From Pseudolysinimonas sp. (lineage in GTDB: Bacteria > Actinomycetota > Actinomycetes > Actinomycetales > Microbacteriaceae), in contig DATMIW010000070.1 of assembly GCA_035554115.1 (NCBI GenBank), positions 18,742 through 82,741 on the forward strand: a DNA stretch of 64,000 bases, written 5' to 3'. A model generated the notes under the pieces. It did not search any database and was not told where the DNA came from. It saw only the letters and a program-made list of their open reading frames with translations. Made by a program: the position numbers and the translations under genes. Below, piece after piece: positions 27,102 through 36,732 of the stretch (its first letter is position 1; each line of letters begins with the position of its first letter).

Positions 27102-27130
27102 ACCACATGTGAATAGCGGAAGGCCTCGAC

Positions 27131-28111
27131 ATGGACATCGACCTCACCATGCTGCGGCTTATGGAACGTGAACGCGAGATCCCGTTCGACGAGCTCGTGG
27201 TGATCATCGAACAGGCGATCCTCACCGCCTATCTCAAGCACACCGATCAGGCTCCGGAGTCCGGAGCACGCGTCGAACTCGATCGAAAGACGGGTCATGT
27301 CACCGTCTTCGTGCCGGAACGCGACGACGAGGGCGAAGTTGTCGGCGAAGCTATCGACAGCCCCGACGACTTCGGGCGCATTTCGGCCTTTGCCGCAAAG
27401 CAGGTCATCAATCAGCGACTGCGGGACATTGGCGACGACAAAGTTCTCGGCGAGTTTCGTGGGCGCGAGGGCGACATTGTCGCGGGCGTGATCCAACAAG
27501 GGCCGAATCCTCGGATGATCCACATCGATCTCGGTACGGTCGAGGCGATTCTGCCTCCTGAGGAGCAGGTCCCGGGAGAGAACTACGCACACGGCACCCG
27601 CATCCGGGTCTACGTCACGAGCGTTGCTAAGGGGCTCAAGGGGCCGCAGATCACTGTGAGCCGGACGCACCCCGGACTCGTGCGCAAGCTGTTCGCCCTT
27701 GAGGTGCCTGAAATCGCATCAGGAGCCGTCGAAATCACCTCCCTTGCGCGGGAAGCGGGGCATCGCACCAAGATCGCCGTCAAAGCGACTCAGCCGGGTA
27801 TCAACGCCAAGGGTGCCTGTATTGGTGAACTGGGCCAGCGAGTGCGCGCCGTAACCGCCGAGCTCAATAACGAGAAGATCGACATCGTCGACCACTCCGA
27901 TGACTTGGCCACCTTTGTGGCCCACGCCCTGTCACCGGCAAAAGTGTCGAGCGCTTTCGTTGTCGACGAGAGTTTGAAGGCCGTGCGTGCGCTGGTTCCC
28001 GACTACCAGCTTTCCCTTGCGATCGGCAAAGAAGGCCAAAATGCACGCCTCGCGGCGAAGCTCACCGGTGCGCGCATCGACATCCAGCCCGACTCCGTCA
28101 TGGAGGATTGA
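27131..28111 (+). CDS. nusA: Transcription termination/antitermination factor NusA
   Basis: 'MDIDLTMLRLMEREREIPFDELV' N-terminus, an S1 region 'GDIVAGVIQQ', and KH domains 'RTKIAVKA...GACIGELGQRV' and 'LAIGKEGQNARLAAKLTG'. Confidence 0.95.
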   Translation: MDIDLTMLRLMEREREIPFDELVVIIEQAILTAYLKHTDQAPESGARVELDRKTGHVTVFVPERDDEGEVVGEAIDSPDDFGRISAFAAKQVINQRLRDIGDDKVLGEFRGREGDIVAGVIQQGPNPRMIHIDLGTVEAILPPEEQVPGENYAHGTRIRVYVTSVAKGLKGPQITVSRTHPGLVRKLFALEVPEIASGAVEITSLAREAGHRTKIAVKATQPGINAKGACIGELGQRVRAVTAELNNEKIDIVDHSDDLATFVAHALSPAKVSSAFVVDESLKAVRALVPDYQLSLAIGKEGQNARLAAKLTGARIDIQPDSVMED

Positions 28112-28137
28112 GCGGCTTCTCGGCCAAGAGGAGTAAC

Positions 28138-28413
28138 ATGGCTGCCGTAAGAACCTGCCTGGGTTGCCGGCAGCGTGCCCTTCGCTCCTCGCTTATGAGG
28201 GTGGTGGCACGCAACGGACGGGCTGTGGTGGATGCCGCAGCGGGACTTCCGGGCAGGGGAGCGTGGGTGCATCCGGATTCCGAATGCGTCGAGACCGCGA
28301 TCAAACGCCGTGCCTTAGGGCGCGGACTTCGGGTTGCCGATCTTGACACCTCTGCTCTTCTCACATCCCTATCCGACTTCGAAGAACGGGCTGAACGGCC
28401 AATGGACAACTAA
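28138..28413 (+). CDS. ylxR: YlxR family (DUF448) RNA-binding protein
   Basis: 'RTCLGCRQR' and 'GRGAWVH' motifs, in the conserved position between nusA and infB. ATG 28138 follows AAGAGGAG. Confidence 0.85.
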   Translation: MAAVRTCLGCRQRALRSSLMRVVARNGRAVVDAAAGLPGRGAWVHPDSECVETAIKRRALGRGLRVADLDTSALLTSLSDFEERAERPMDN

Positions 28414-28488
28414 TGAGCGACTCGAAATGAGTTCCCTCTCGCTTTAATGTCCACTCCTGCTTGGGGTGGACCCCCTGACAGGAGAATT

Positions 28489-31182
28489 GTGGCCAACCCA
28501 CGTGTGCATGAAGTCGCTGCCGAACTCGGCATCGATAGCAAGATCGCTCTCGACAAGCTCAAAGACATGGGCGAATTCGTCAAGAGCGCGTCCTCGAGCA
28601 TCGCCCCTCCGGTGGCGCGCCGTCTGAAGTCGGCTCTTGAAGCCGATGGAATCAAGCCTGCCCCGGCCGAGCCCGTGGCAAAGCCGGCGGCCAAGCCCGC
28701 TGCGGCCAAGCCTGCTCCGGCTAAGCCGGCCCCGGTGCCGACTGCGGAGCCCGTGGAGGCTTCGGCTGCCGCGCAAGCGCCCGCCGAAGCAGCCCCCGCG
28801 GTCGAGCATGTCGAAGCCCCGGCTGAAGGTGGCGCAGCAGCAAGCCCCGCCGGTCCCCGCCCCGGTGGTGGCCCGCGCCCCGGCAACAACCCCTTCGCCA
28901 GCGCGCAGGGCATGCAGCGTCCCGGAGCTCCTCGTCCGGGGAACAACCCCTTCGCCGGTTCTCAGGGAATGCCCCGACCCGGCGGCGCCAGCGGTGCCAT
29001 TCCGCGTCCCGCAGCCCCGCGTCCGGGCGCCCCACGTCCCGGAGCCCCTCGCCCCGGCGGTCCCGGCACCGGTCGTCCCGGAGCCCCGTTCCAGCAGCGT
29101 CCCGGCGGTGCTGGCCGTCCCGGCGGAGCACCTGGTGGCTTCCAGCGTCCCGGGGGTGCTCCCGGTGGCGGCGGCGGATTCGCCGGTCGCCCTGGTGGCG
29201 GCGGTGGCCGCGGTCGTGGACCCGGTGGTGGCACGGCTGGTGCCTTCGGTCGTGGCGGCGGCAAGAGCCGCGCCCGCAAGTCGAAGCGGACGAAGCGCGC
29301 AGAGTTCGAGATGCGCGATGCTCCGTCGCTCGGCGGCGTCGCGATCCCTCGCGGTGACGGCAACACTGTCATCCGGATGCGCCGCGGCGCCTCGATCGCC
29401 GACCTTGCCGACAAGCTCGAGGTTCTGACCAAGTACTCGGTGCAGCCGGGCGCGCTGGTCACGGCACTTTTCCACCTCGGTGAGATGGCGACGGCGACCG
29501 AATCGCTCGACGAGGCCACCTTCGAGATTCTCGGAACCGAACTGGGATACAAGATCCAGGTCGTCAGCCCCGAGGACGAAGACAAAGAGCTCCTCGAAGG
29601 CTTCGACATCGACCTCGAGCAGGAACTTGCCGACGAAGACGACGACGACCTTGTGATCCGGCCCCCGGTTGTCACTGTCATGGGTCACGTCGACCACGGT
29701 AAGACCAAGCTGCTCGACGCGATCCGCCAGGCGAACGTCGTGGCGGGCGAAGCAGGTGGCATCACGCAGCACATCGGTGCGTACCAGGTCTGGACCGAGC
29801 ACGAGGGCATCGAACGTGCCATCACCTTCATCGACACACCGGGCCACGAGGCGTTCACCGCTATGCGTGCCCGTGGTGCGCAGGTGACCGACATTGCGAT
29901 CCTCGTGGTGGCAGCCGACGACGGCATCATGCCGCAGACGGTTGAGGCGTTGAACCACGCGCAGTCGGCCGGTGTGCCGATTGTTGTCGCGGTCAACAAG
30001 GTCGATAAAGAAGGCGCCAACCCCGCAAAGGTGCGTCAGCAGCTGACCGAATTCGGTCTCGTGGCCGAAGAATTCGGTGGCGACACAATGTTCATCGATG
30101 TGTCGGCTCTGCAGAACAAGGGCATCGACACCCTGCTGGATGCCGTGCTGCTGACGGCGGATGCCGGCCTCGATCTTCGCGCCAACCCCAACAAAGAGGC
30201 GCGTGGTGTCGCGATCGAAGCCAAGCTCGACAAGGGACGCGGTGCCGTCGCGACGGTCCTCATCCAGTCGGGAACGCTTCGCGTCGGAGACCCGATCGTG
30301 GCGGGCACGGCTTATGGCCGCGTGCGTGCGATGCATGACGAGAACGGTGACCCGGTCGATGAGGCCTACCCGGCACGTCCGGTGCAGGTGCAGGGACTGT
30401 CGACGGTGCCTCGCGCCGGCGACACCTTCCTGGTAACAGAAGACGACCGCACAGCACGTCAGATCGCGGAAAAGCGTGAAGCCGTGCAGCGCAACGCGCT
30501 TCTTGCGAAGGCGCGCAAGCGCATCTCGCTCGAAGACTTCACGCGTTCGCTCGCCGAAGGCAAGGTCGACTCGCTCAACCTCATCATCAAGGGTGATGTC
30601 TCGGGTGCCGTCGAGGCGCTCGAAGAGGCGCTGCTCAAGATCGAGGTGGACGAGAGCGTGCAGCTGCGCATCCTGCACCGCGGTGTGGGTGCCGTCACCG
30701 AGTCGGATGTCGACCTCGCGACGATCGACAACGCGATCGTCATCGGGTTCAACGTGCGACCGGATGTCAAAGCCCGCGAGCGCGCTGCTCGCGAAGGTAT
30801 TGACGTGCGCTTCTACTCTGTCATCTACGCCGCACTCGAAGACATTGAGCAGTCCCTCAAGGGCATGCTCAAGCCGGAATTCGAAGAGGTGCAGTCGGGT
30901 GTCGCCGAGATCCGCGAGATCTTCCGCTCGTCGAAGGCCGGCAACATCGCCGGTGTTATCGTCCGCAGCGGAACGATCACCCGCAACGCCAAGGCGCGCG
31001 TCATTCGCGAAGGTGTCGTCGTCGGCGACAACCTGGCGATCGATTCGCTCCGCCGCTTCAAGGACGACGTCACCGAGGTGCGCACGGACTTCGAAGCCGG
31101 TATCGGCCTCGGCAAGTTCAACGACATCCAGATCGGTGACGAGATCGAGACGATCGAGCTGAAAGAGAAGGTCCGGGCCTAA
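28489..31182 (+). CDS. infB: Translation initiation factor IF-2
   Basis: GTG 28489 follows GGAG (28481-28484) and gives '[14 protein letters not shown]'. A Pro/Gly/Ala-rich linker precedes the G domain ('[14 protein letters not shown]', 'DTPGHEAF', 'NKVD'). Confidence 0.95.
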   Translation: MANPRVHEVAAELGIDSKIALDKLKDMGEFVKSASSSIAPPVARRLKSALEADGIKPAPAEPVAKPAAKPAAAKPAPAKPAPVPTAEPVEASAAAQAPAEAAPAVEHVEAPAEGGAAASPAGPRPGGGPRPGNNPFASAQGMQRPGAPRPGNNPFAGSQGMPRPGGASGAIPRPAAPRPGAPRPGAPRPGGPGTGRPGAPFQQRPGGAGRPGGAPGGFQRPGGAPGGGGGFAGRPGGGGGRGRGPGGGTAGAFGRGGGKSRARKSKRTKRAEFEMRDAPSLGGVAIPRGDGNTVIRMRRGASIADLADKLEVLTKYSVQPGALVTALFHLGEMATATESLDEATFEILGTELGYKIQVVSPEDEDKELLEGFDIDLEQELADEDDDDLVIRPPVVTVMGHVDHGKTKLLDAIRQANVVAGEAGGITQHIGAYQVWTEHEGIERAITFIDTPGHEAFTAMRARGAQVTDIAILVVAADDGIMPQTVEALNHAQSAGVPIVVAVNKVDKEGANPAKVRQQLTEFGLVAEEFGGDTMFIDVSALQNKGIDTLLDAVLLTADAGLDLRANPNKEARGVAIEAKLDKGRGAVATVLIQSGTLRVGDPIVAGTAYGRVRAMHDENGDPVDEAYPARPVQVQGLSTVPRAGDTFLVTEDDRTARQIAEKREAVQRNALLAKARKRISLEDFTRSLAEGKVDSLNLIIKGDVSGAVEALEEALLKIEVDESVQLRILHRGVGAVTESDVDLATIDNAIVIGFNVRPDVKARERAAREGIDVRFYSVIYAALEDIEQSLKGMLKPEFEEVQSGVAEIREIFRSSKAGNIAGVIVRSGTITRNAKARVIREGVVVGDNLAIDSLRRFKDDVTEVRTDFEAGIGLGKFNDIQIGDEIETIELKEKVRA

Positions 31183-31191
31183 CCGCCCGTG

Positions 31192-31215
31192 GGGCCCCGA
31201 CTACGGTCGGGGCCC
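31192..31215 (+). terminator. GC-rich hairpin downstream of infB (putative terminator/attenuator)
   Basis: GGGCCCCGAC (31192-31201), TACG loop, GTCGGGGCCC (31206-31215): a perfect 10-bp stem followed by 'ttcccctttc'. Confidence 0.45.
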
Positions 31216-31240
31216 TTCCCCTTTCACGAAAGGAATTGCA

Positions 31241-31720
31241 ATGTCAGGACAGGGCGACCGCGCCGCGAAAATGGCGGACCGCATCCGTGAGATCGTGGCC
31301 AAGCGCATCGAGCGTGGGCTGCGCGACCCGCGGCTCGGCTTTGTGACGATCACAGATGTTCGGATGACGGGCGACCTTCAGCACGCGAGCATCTTCTACA
31401 CGGTCTACGGCACCGATGAGGAGCGAGCGGACAGTGCTGCCGCACTCAAGGCGGCGACTGGCATGTTCCGCACAGAGGTCGGCAAGAACATCACGGCACG
31501 CCTGACACCGTCCCTCGAGTTCATTGCGGATGCGATTCCCGAGAACGCGGCCGCGATCGACGATCTGCTGCGCGAGGCGCGCGAACGCGATGCGCAGTCG
31601 ATGCAGCTCGCGGCAGCCGCTCACTATGCCGGCGATGAGGATCCATACGTCAAGCCGCGCGACGCCGCGGATGACGACGAGGACCTGGCCGCCGAAGACA
31701 TTTACGACGACGAGAAGTAG
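31241..31720 (+). CDS. rbfA: Ribosome-binding factor A
   Basis: 'RAAKMADRIREIVAKRIE...DPRLGFVTITDVRMTGDLQHASIFY', with an acidic C-terminal tail. Confidence 0.93.
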   Translation: MSGQGDRAAKMADRIREIVAKRIERGLRDPRLGFVTITDVRMTGDLQHASIFYTVYGTDEERADSAAALKAATGMFRTEVGKNITARLTPSLEFIADAIPENAAAIDDLLREARERDAQSMQLAAAAHYAGDEDPYVKPRDAADDDEDLAAEDIYDDEK

Positions 31721-31729
31721 TCGCACGCG

Positions 31730-32605
31730 CTACTTCAGCAGCCGACTGAGCACGCGATCCGCAAGAGGTTTCCCGCCTGTCTGGCACGTCGGGCAGTACT
31801 GGAACGTCGAATCGCTGTAGATAACCTGCCGGACGGTGTCGCCGCACACCGGGCACGGTTCGCCGGTGCGACCGTGTACGCGCAGATTCGACTTCTTCTC
31901 CGCCTTCAACTCGGATGCGGCGAGGCCGTCGGCGCGTGCGATGGCCTCGCGCAGCGTGGTCTGAATCGCGTCGAAGAGGCGGGCAATGTCATCCGGCTTC
32001 ATGTCCGCGGGGGTAAAAGGCGACATTTTGGCCACGTGCAAGATTTCGTCCGAGTAGGCGTTGCCAATGCCGGCGATGAGGCTCTGGTTGCGCAGGACAT
32101 TCTTGATCCGGGCGCGACCAGCCTGTTTCAGGATCTCGTGGAGCGTCTCCTGCGTGAAGTCGGCCGCAAGGGGGTCAGGTCCCAATCGCGCAATGCCGGG
32201 CACGGCGTGTGGATCGGTCACGACATAGATCGCGAGACTCTTCTTCGTGCCCGCTTCGGTGACGTCGAAACCGGACCCGTCATCCAGCACCAGACGCGCC
32301 GCAAGCGGTCCTTTCCCGCGTCCTGCACCCGGCGTCGGGGCGGTAGCGCGCCAGCGGATCCAGCCCGCGCGCGCGAGGTGGACGATGAGGTGGATGACGC
32401 TGGAGCCTGCACCCGAGCAGGACAGGTCGAGAAACTTGCCGTGATGTGTGACGCCCGACACGGTCATGCCGTCTAACGCGGAGACCGGCGGGTCGAAGGT
32501 CTTGAGTGCCGAGAACGCCGTTACGTCGAGCCGCGCAATCGTGCGGCCCCTGAGGCGCCCTCCGAGGTCCGCCGCGAGAGCTGTCACCTCAGGAAGCTCG
32601 GGCAT
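31730..32605 (-). CDS. Fpg/Nei-family DNA glycosylase/AP lyase
   Basis: 'MPELPEV' catalytic N-terminus, H2TH 'LRNQSLIAGIGNAYSDEILH', and a C-terminal zinc finger 'CPVCG...CPTCQ'. Confidence 0.88.
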   Translation of the reverse strand: MPELPEVTALAADLGGRLRGRTIARLDVTAFSALKTFDPPVSALDGMTVSGVTHHGKFLDLSCSGAGSSVIHLIVHLARAGWIRWRATAPTPGAGRGKGPLAARLVLDDGSGFDVTEAGTKKSLAIYVVTDPHAVPGIARLGPDPLAADFTQETLHEILKQAGRARIKNVLRNQSLIAGIGNAYSDEILHVAKMSPFTPADMKPDDIARLFDAIQTTLREAIARADGLAASELKAEKKSNLRVHGRTGEPCPVCGDTVRQVIYSDSTFQYCPTCQTGGKPLADRVLSRLLK

Positions 32606-32632
32606 GGCTTAAGTGTGGATCGCGTCGAGAGC

Positions 32633-33556
32633 TCAGGCAATGCCCGGCAGCTGGTATCCGCTGCGGGGGTTGCCGTGCACGAGGCCGTCGCGCAGCAGGC
32701 CGGCCAAAGCGCGGTCGACTTGATCGACATCCGGCCAGAGGGAGCGCAGGGTGTGGGCGTCGACCGGAATGTCGGCCGAGCGCAGCTCGCGCATGATGAT
32801 GCCACGTACCTGACGGTCGGATCCCTCGTACTTCTTCTGGCGCGAGATCGCGGGCCCGTCGTAAGCGGGGTACCCCTGAGCCCGCCACGTGCATTCAGCA
32901 GCGATCGGGCACGCCTCGCATCGAGGAGACCGCGCGGTGCACACAACGCTGCCAAGCTCCATCGTCCCGGCGTTCACGAGGCGCGCCACGGCCGGCTCGA
33001 CGGGTAACAGCGTCTCCATCAGGGCGAGTTCGTGACGGGTTCGCACGGGCCCGGCCGCAGCCTGCCCGTCGACCGCCCGCGTGAGCACCCGACGCACATT
33101 GACATCGACAACAGGGGTGCGGATGCCGTACGCGAACGATGCAACAGCTCGCGCTGTATACGGCCCGACTCCCGGCAACGCCAGCAGCGCATCCACGTCT
33201 GATGGCACCTCGCCCCCATGCGCCTCGGTGATCGCCACGGCTGCCGCGTGCAGGTTGAGCGCGCGCCGTGGATATCCCAAGCGGTCCCAGGCGCGAACGG
33301 CCTCGCCGGGCGGTACCGAGGCCAGGTCGGCCGGAGTCGGCCAACGTTCCAGCCAGGCCTCCAGGCGCGGGATCACACGGGCCACCGGAGTCTGCTGCAG
33401 CATGAATTCGCTCACCAGGGTTCCCCACGCAGAAAACCCCTCGGCGCGCCAGGGTAGCTCGCGGTGCCCCGCGGCGAACCAGGCCGCGATTGTCTGGCCG
33501 AGGCGCGTGCGATCGCTCGCCGTCGAGCCGTCCTTCACACCGTGAACGTCCGACAT
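32633..33556 (-). CDS. mutY: A/G-specific adenine DNA glycosylase
   Basis: 'LVSEFMLQQTPVARV', HhH 'LLALPGVGPYTARAVASFAY', 'VVDVNVRRVL' and an Fe-S cluster loop 'CTARSPRCEACPIAAEC'. Confidence 0.88.
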   Translation of the reverse strand: MSDVHGVKDGSTASDRTRLGQTIAAWFAAGHRELPWRAEGFSAWGTLVSEFMLQQTPVARVIPRLEAWLERWPTPADLASVPPGEAVRAWDRLGYPRRALNLHAAAVAITEAHGGEVPSDVDALLALPGVGPYTARAVASFAYGIRTPVVDVNVRRVLTRAVDGQAAAGPVRTRHELALMETLLPVEPAVARLVNAGTMELGSVVCTARSPRCEACPIAAECTWRAQGYPAYDGPAISRQKKYEGSDRQVRGIIMRELRSADIPVDAHTLRSLWPDVDQVDRALAGLLRDGLVHGNPRSGYQLPGIA

Positions 33557-33557
33557 A

Positions 33558-34553
33558 TCAAACAGCCACGCGTGCCGAAAGCTGTTCGGGCGTCAGGAAC
33601 TCCCCGCTGGCTTCGACGTCGTGCACGAGCGCGGTGAGCGCCGCGTTGATGGGCGCCGTTCGGCCGATTGGCTCGGCCAGCGCCACCACGGCCCCGTTGA
33701 GGAAATCGATCTCGGTCGGCCGCCCACGTCGGATGCTCTGCAGCGTTGAGCCGGGGTTCGGCACCGAGCCCATGCGACGTGCCAGGGTCCGCGGAAAAAC
33801 GGCACCGAGGGCCAGAGGCAGCGAGCCGATCAGGGCGACCAACCACCCGCGTATCCCCGGCAGATCACCGAACTTCCCGCCGCGAGCATGCACAATGCGG
33901 ACCGTCTCTCGCATGCTCGCCGCCATGATCCGTCGCGTGGAGGGATGGGCAACAACGTCTTGCACGCTCAGTCCCGTGATCGCCGGCAGCGCGTTGACGT
34001 GATTGACCAGCAATTTCGTCCACTGCGCGGCGACGATGTCGTCGCTCACCTCCACACGAATGCGTGTGCCCAGCGCCTTGGCGATCATCCGAGCAAGAGA
34101 CGGGTCGGCCCCTTCGCTTGCGCCGACGAGGATCGGCGCCGCGGCGGTCACCGTGACGCGGCCGGGCGAGAGGTACGACGCGGCGAAAAGGGCGAGCCCG
34201 CCGAGAACAGGGGAGTGGGGGAGCGCGGAACGGGCAGCCTCGAGACCTCCGATGCCGTTCTGCACGACGAGAACGGGGACCCCCTCGAGAAGCTGTGCGT
34301 TGTCGGCGAGCGTGGCCGCGGCATCCTGAGCCTTGGTGGTCAGGATCGCGAACTCGGGTCGCGCGGCCAGCGTCGCGTGAGCCACAACCCGTGCCTCGAT
34401 CTCGCCAAAACCCCCGTCGACGTGCAGCCCGTGCTGTTGCAGTGCCGCAAGATGCTCGCCCCGCGCGGTCACCAGCACCTCGTGACCTTCCCGCGAGAGG
34501 AGGGCGGCCAGCGTCCCGCCGACCGCCCCCGCTCCGAGCACTGCTATTCGCAT
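33558..34553 (-). CDS. Ketopantoate reductase (ApbA/PanE) family oxidoreductase
   Basis: 'MRIAVLGAGAVGGTLAALL' Rossmann N-terminus and a PanE-type C-terminal domain ('STLQSIRRGRPTEIDFLNG'). Confidence 0.75.
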   Translation of the reverse strand: MRIAVLGAGAVGGTLAALLSREGHEVLVTARGEHLAALQQHGLHVDGGFGEIEARVVAHATLAARPEFAILTTKAQDAAATLADNAQLLEGVPVLVVQNGIGGLEAARSALPHSPVLGGLALFAASYLSPGRVTVTAAAPILVGASEGADPSLARMIAKALGTRIRVEVSDDIVAAQWTKLLVNHVNALPAITGLSVQDVVAHPSTRRIMAASMRETVRIVHARGGKFGDLPGIRGWLVALIGSLPLALGAVFPRTLARRMGSVPNPGSTLQSIRRGRPTEIDFLNGAVVALAEPIGRTAPINAALTALVHDVEASGEFLTPEQLSARVAV

Positions 34554-34562
34554 GCCTCCAGG

Positions 34563-36029
34563 CTAGGCGTTGAGCTCCACGAGCTCAGCCTCCGCATCGG
34601 CCTCGAGCATTGCCTCGTCAACCCCTTCGGCTACATGGGTGCCTCGTCCGGCGGGAAGGAACAGCGCAATGATCGCCGTGGCGAGCACCACGAAAGCACC
34701 GACATAGACCGCGGGGATTGCCGCATCCACATAGCCGGTCGGGGTCAGTTCGCCGTTCGCACCTGTGAACACCGCGGTAAGCACGGCGATTCCGAGCGCG
34801 ACACCGATTTCGCGAAGGGTCGAGTTGGTTCCGCTTGCCTTTGCCGTGTCGGCCGGAGCGATTCGGGCGAGCACGGCCGTGGAAACCGGTGCGAAGACAA
34901 GTCCCATTCCGATTCCCGCCGAGATGAATGCGGGAAGCATCGTGCCGTAGGCCGTGTCGGCGTTGAGAACCGTCGCCAGCCAGAACAACCCCGCGGCCTG
35001 AAACAGCAGACCCGCGACGATCAGAATGCGGGTGCCGACGCGCGGCGCGAATATGCCCGCGAGGGGGGCAACGATCATGGGAGCCATCGTCCACGGGGTT
35101 GTCATCAACGCGGCATCCAGCGGGCTGTGCCCCTGCACGATCTGCAGGAACTGGATGAGGATGAACACCGCGCCGAACATGCCGAAGCTGAACCCGAACC
35201 CGACAACATTCGCAATTGTGAAGCTGCGGTCGCGGAACAGGCGCAGCGGCAGCAGAGGAGCCGAGGCACGCGTCTCCCACAGGATGAACGCGGCGATGAG
35301 CACCGCGCCCCCGATGAGGCCCAGCAGCACCTCGAAGCTGCCCCAGCCTGCGTCGTTTCCGCGCACGATGCCGAAGACGAGCCCCAGCACGCCGAGGGCT
35401 GCGAGAACGAGGCCCACAACATCCGCGCGCAATTTGGCGCCGAACGCGTTGGGAAGCACGGCCAGCACGAACGGGATTGCCAGGATGCCGACGGGCACGT
35501 TGATCCAGAAGATCGCCTCCCAGCTCCATCCCTCAATTACTGCACCGCCGATGAGGGGCCCGACCGCAACGCCCAAACCGGCGAGACCTCCCCAGATTCC
35601 GATGGCGAGGGGGCGGCGGCGCGGTTCGACGGCTCCGGCCAGCAAGGAGAGTGAAAGCGGCATGATTCCGGCGCCGCCCAGGCCCTGGACAGCCCGCGCG
35701 ATGATCAGCTGTGTCGGATCGGTGCTCAATGCCGCGAAAACCGATGCGACCGTGAACAATGCGATTCCGACAACGAATACTGTGCGTCGCCCGAGTCGGT
35801 CGCCCAGGGCTACGGCCATGAGGATGAGGCTCGCGAAGGCCAGGGTGTATGCGTTGACGAACCACTGCAGTTCTTCAACGCTGGCGCCGAGCTCGAGGCG
35901 AATGATCGGGAGCGCATTGGTCATGACGAGGTTGTCGAGTGTTGCCATGAAGAGGGGGATGCCGGTGGCAAGAACCACGAGCACGAACGGCACGCGGCGC
36001 ACGGCTGTTGCTGTCGCAGGAGAAGACAT
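34563..36029 (-). CDS. MFS drug-efflux transporter (DHA2/EmrB-like, ~14 TMS)
   Basis: 'LGDRLGRRTVFVVGIALFTVAS' motif-A-like loop and many TM segments. I chose ATG 36029 ('MSSPATATAVRR'); the longer ORF to 36110 would overlap the divergent TetR gene. Confidence 0.85.
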   Translation of the reverse strand: MSSPATATAVRRVPFVLVVLATGIPLFMATLDNLVMTNALPIIRLELGASVEELQWFVNAYTLAFASLILMAVALGDRLGRRTVFVVGIALFTVASVFAALSTDPTQLIIARAVQGLGGAGIMPLSLSLLAGAVEPRRRPLAIGIWGGLAGLGVAVGPLIGGAVIEGWSWEAIFWINVPVGILAIPFVLAVLPNAFGAKLRADVVGLVLAALGVLGLVFGIVRGNDAGWGSFEVLLGLIGGAVLIAAFILWETRASAPLLPLRLFRDRSFTIANVVGFGFSFGMFGAVFILIQFLQIVQGHSPLDAALMTTPWTMAPMIVAPLAGIFAPRVGTRILIVAGLLFQAAGLFWLATVLNADTAYGTMLPAFISAGIGMGLVFAPVSTAVLARIAPADTAKASGTNSTLREIGVALGIAVLTAVFTGANGELTPTGYVDAAIPAVYVGAFVVLATAIIALFLPAGRGTHVAEGVDEAMLEADAEAELVELNA

Positions 36030-36046
36030 AAGGGCTCCGAACATTT

Positions 36047-36080
36047 GTAATCGAATGATTACTTCAGACAATAAGTAATC
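36047..36080. promoter_or_regulatory. Overlapping palindromes in the MFS/TetR divergent intergenic region (candidate TetR operator)
   Basis: GTAATC-gaat-GATTAC (36047-36062) and GATTACTT-cagacaat-AAGTAATC (36057-36080; perfect 8-bp arms). They lie in an AT-rich 61-bp gap. Confidence 0.5.
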
Positions 36081-36090
36081 AACTGATACC

Positions 36091-36732
36091 ATGTCAAGCG
36101 TGACCGACACGAAACCCGAAACCGCAACGCGGATGCGTTCCGCAGAGCGCCGTGAACAGGTGCTCGCCGCTGCCGCCAGCGTGTTCGGTGAGCGCGGATA
36201 TGTCGGTGCTACGACTGACGCAGTGGCCCGAGCGGCAGGAGTCAGCCAGCCCTATGTCGTGCGAATGTTCGGCACCAAGGCTGCGCTTTTCGAGGCCGTG
36301 CTGGCGCGCTCGCTCGACCGTCTGATCGAAGAGTTTCGTAGCGCAATCGACGAGAGCGCATCCGAACCCGAAGAACTGCCGGCGTGCATTGGGCGCAACT
36401 ACATAGCCTTGCTGGCCGATCGCGGTCTGCTGCTGAGCCTCATGCAGGCGTTCATGTTGGGTGCAGATCCCGAGATCGGCCCCATTGCGCGAGCAGGGTT
36501 CCGCCGCGTCTACGTTCTGCTCCGTGAGGAGGCGGGCTTCAGCCCCGAAGAAGCGACCCGGTTCTTGAGCGAGGGGATGATGCTCAACACCCTGGTCGGT
36601 CTCCGTATGGCCGCGGACTGGTCGGATCCCGTCGTGCGCGAAATGGTCGAAGGCGTGCGCCCGGAGAAGGCGATAATCATGCGCGACCTGGCTTCAGAGT
36701 CGAACCCCACCGCGTCTCGCCTCACCGTATGA
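36091..36732 (+). CDS. TetR/AcrR family transcriptional regulator
   Basis: HTH 'GYVGATTDAVARAAGVSQPYVVRMFGTK'. The gene is divergent from the MFS transporter. Confidence 0.88.
   Translation: MSSVTDTKPETATRMRSAERREQVLAAAASVFGERGYVGATTDAVARAAGVSQPYVVRMFGTKAALFEAVLARSLDRLIEEFRSAIDESASEPEELPACIGRNYIALLADRGLLLSLMQAFMLGADPEIGPIARAGFRRVYVLLREEAGFSPEEATRFLSEGMMLNTLVGLRMAADWSDPVVREMVEGVRPEKAIIMRDLASESNPTASRLTV

Noticed and set aside
26306-27670. 454-aa minus-strand ORF spanning the DUF559 gene, the intergenic region and nusA
   Set aside because: It is antisense to two supported genes, crosses a structured non-coding region, and has no family motifs. It is a GC-driven artefact.
28640-29290. Highly repetitive GC-rich DNA, considered as a possible CRISPR-like or tandem-repeat array
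   Set aside because: It encodes the Pro/Gly/Ala-rich linker of IF-2 ('RPGAPRPG...' units), a normal feature of actinobacterial infB. There is no repeat-spacer periodicity.
28444-30678. 744-aa ORF on the minus strand
   Set aside because: It is antisense to infB, which is supported by full-length IF-2 motifs. The translation is Arg/Gly/Ala/His-rich with no recognisable motif. This is a typical shadow ORF in high-GC DNA.
33888-35654. 588-aa plus-strand ORF
   Set aside because: It is antisense to the PanE-like and MFS genes. Its composition is extremely Arg/Gly/Asp/Glu/His-rich and shows no domain signature.
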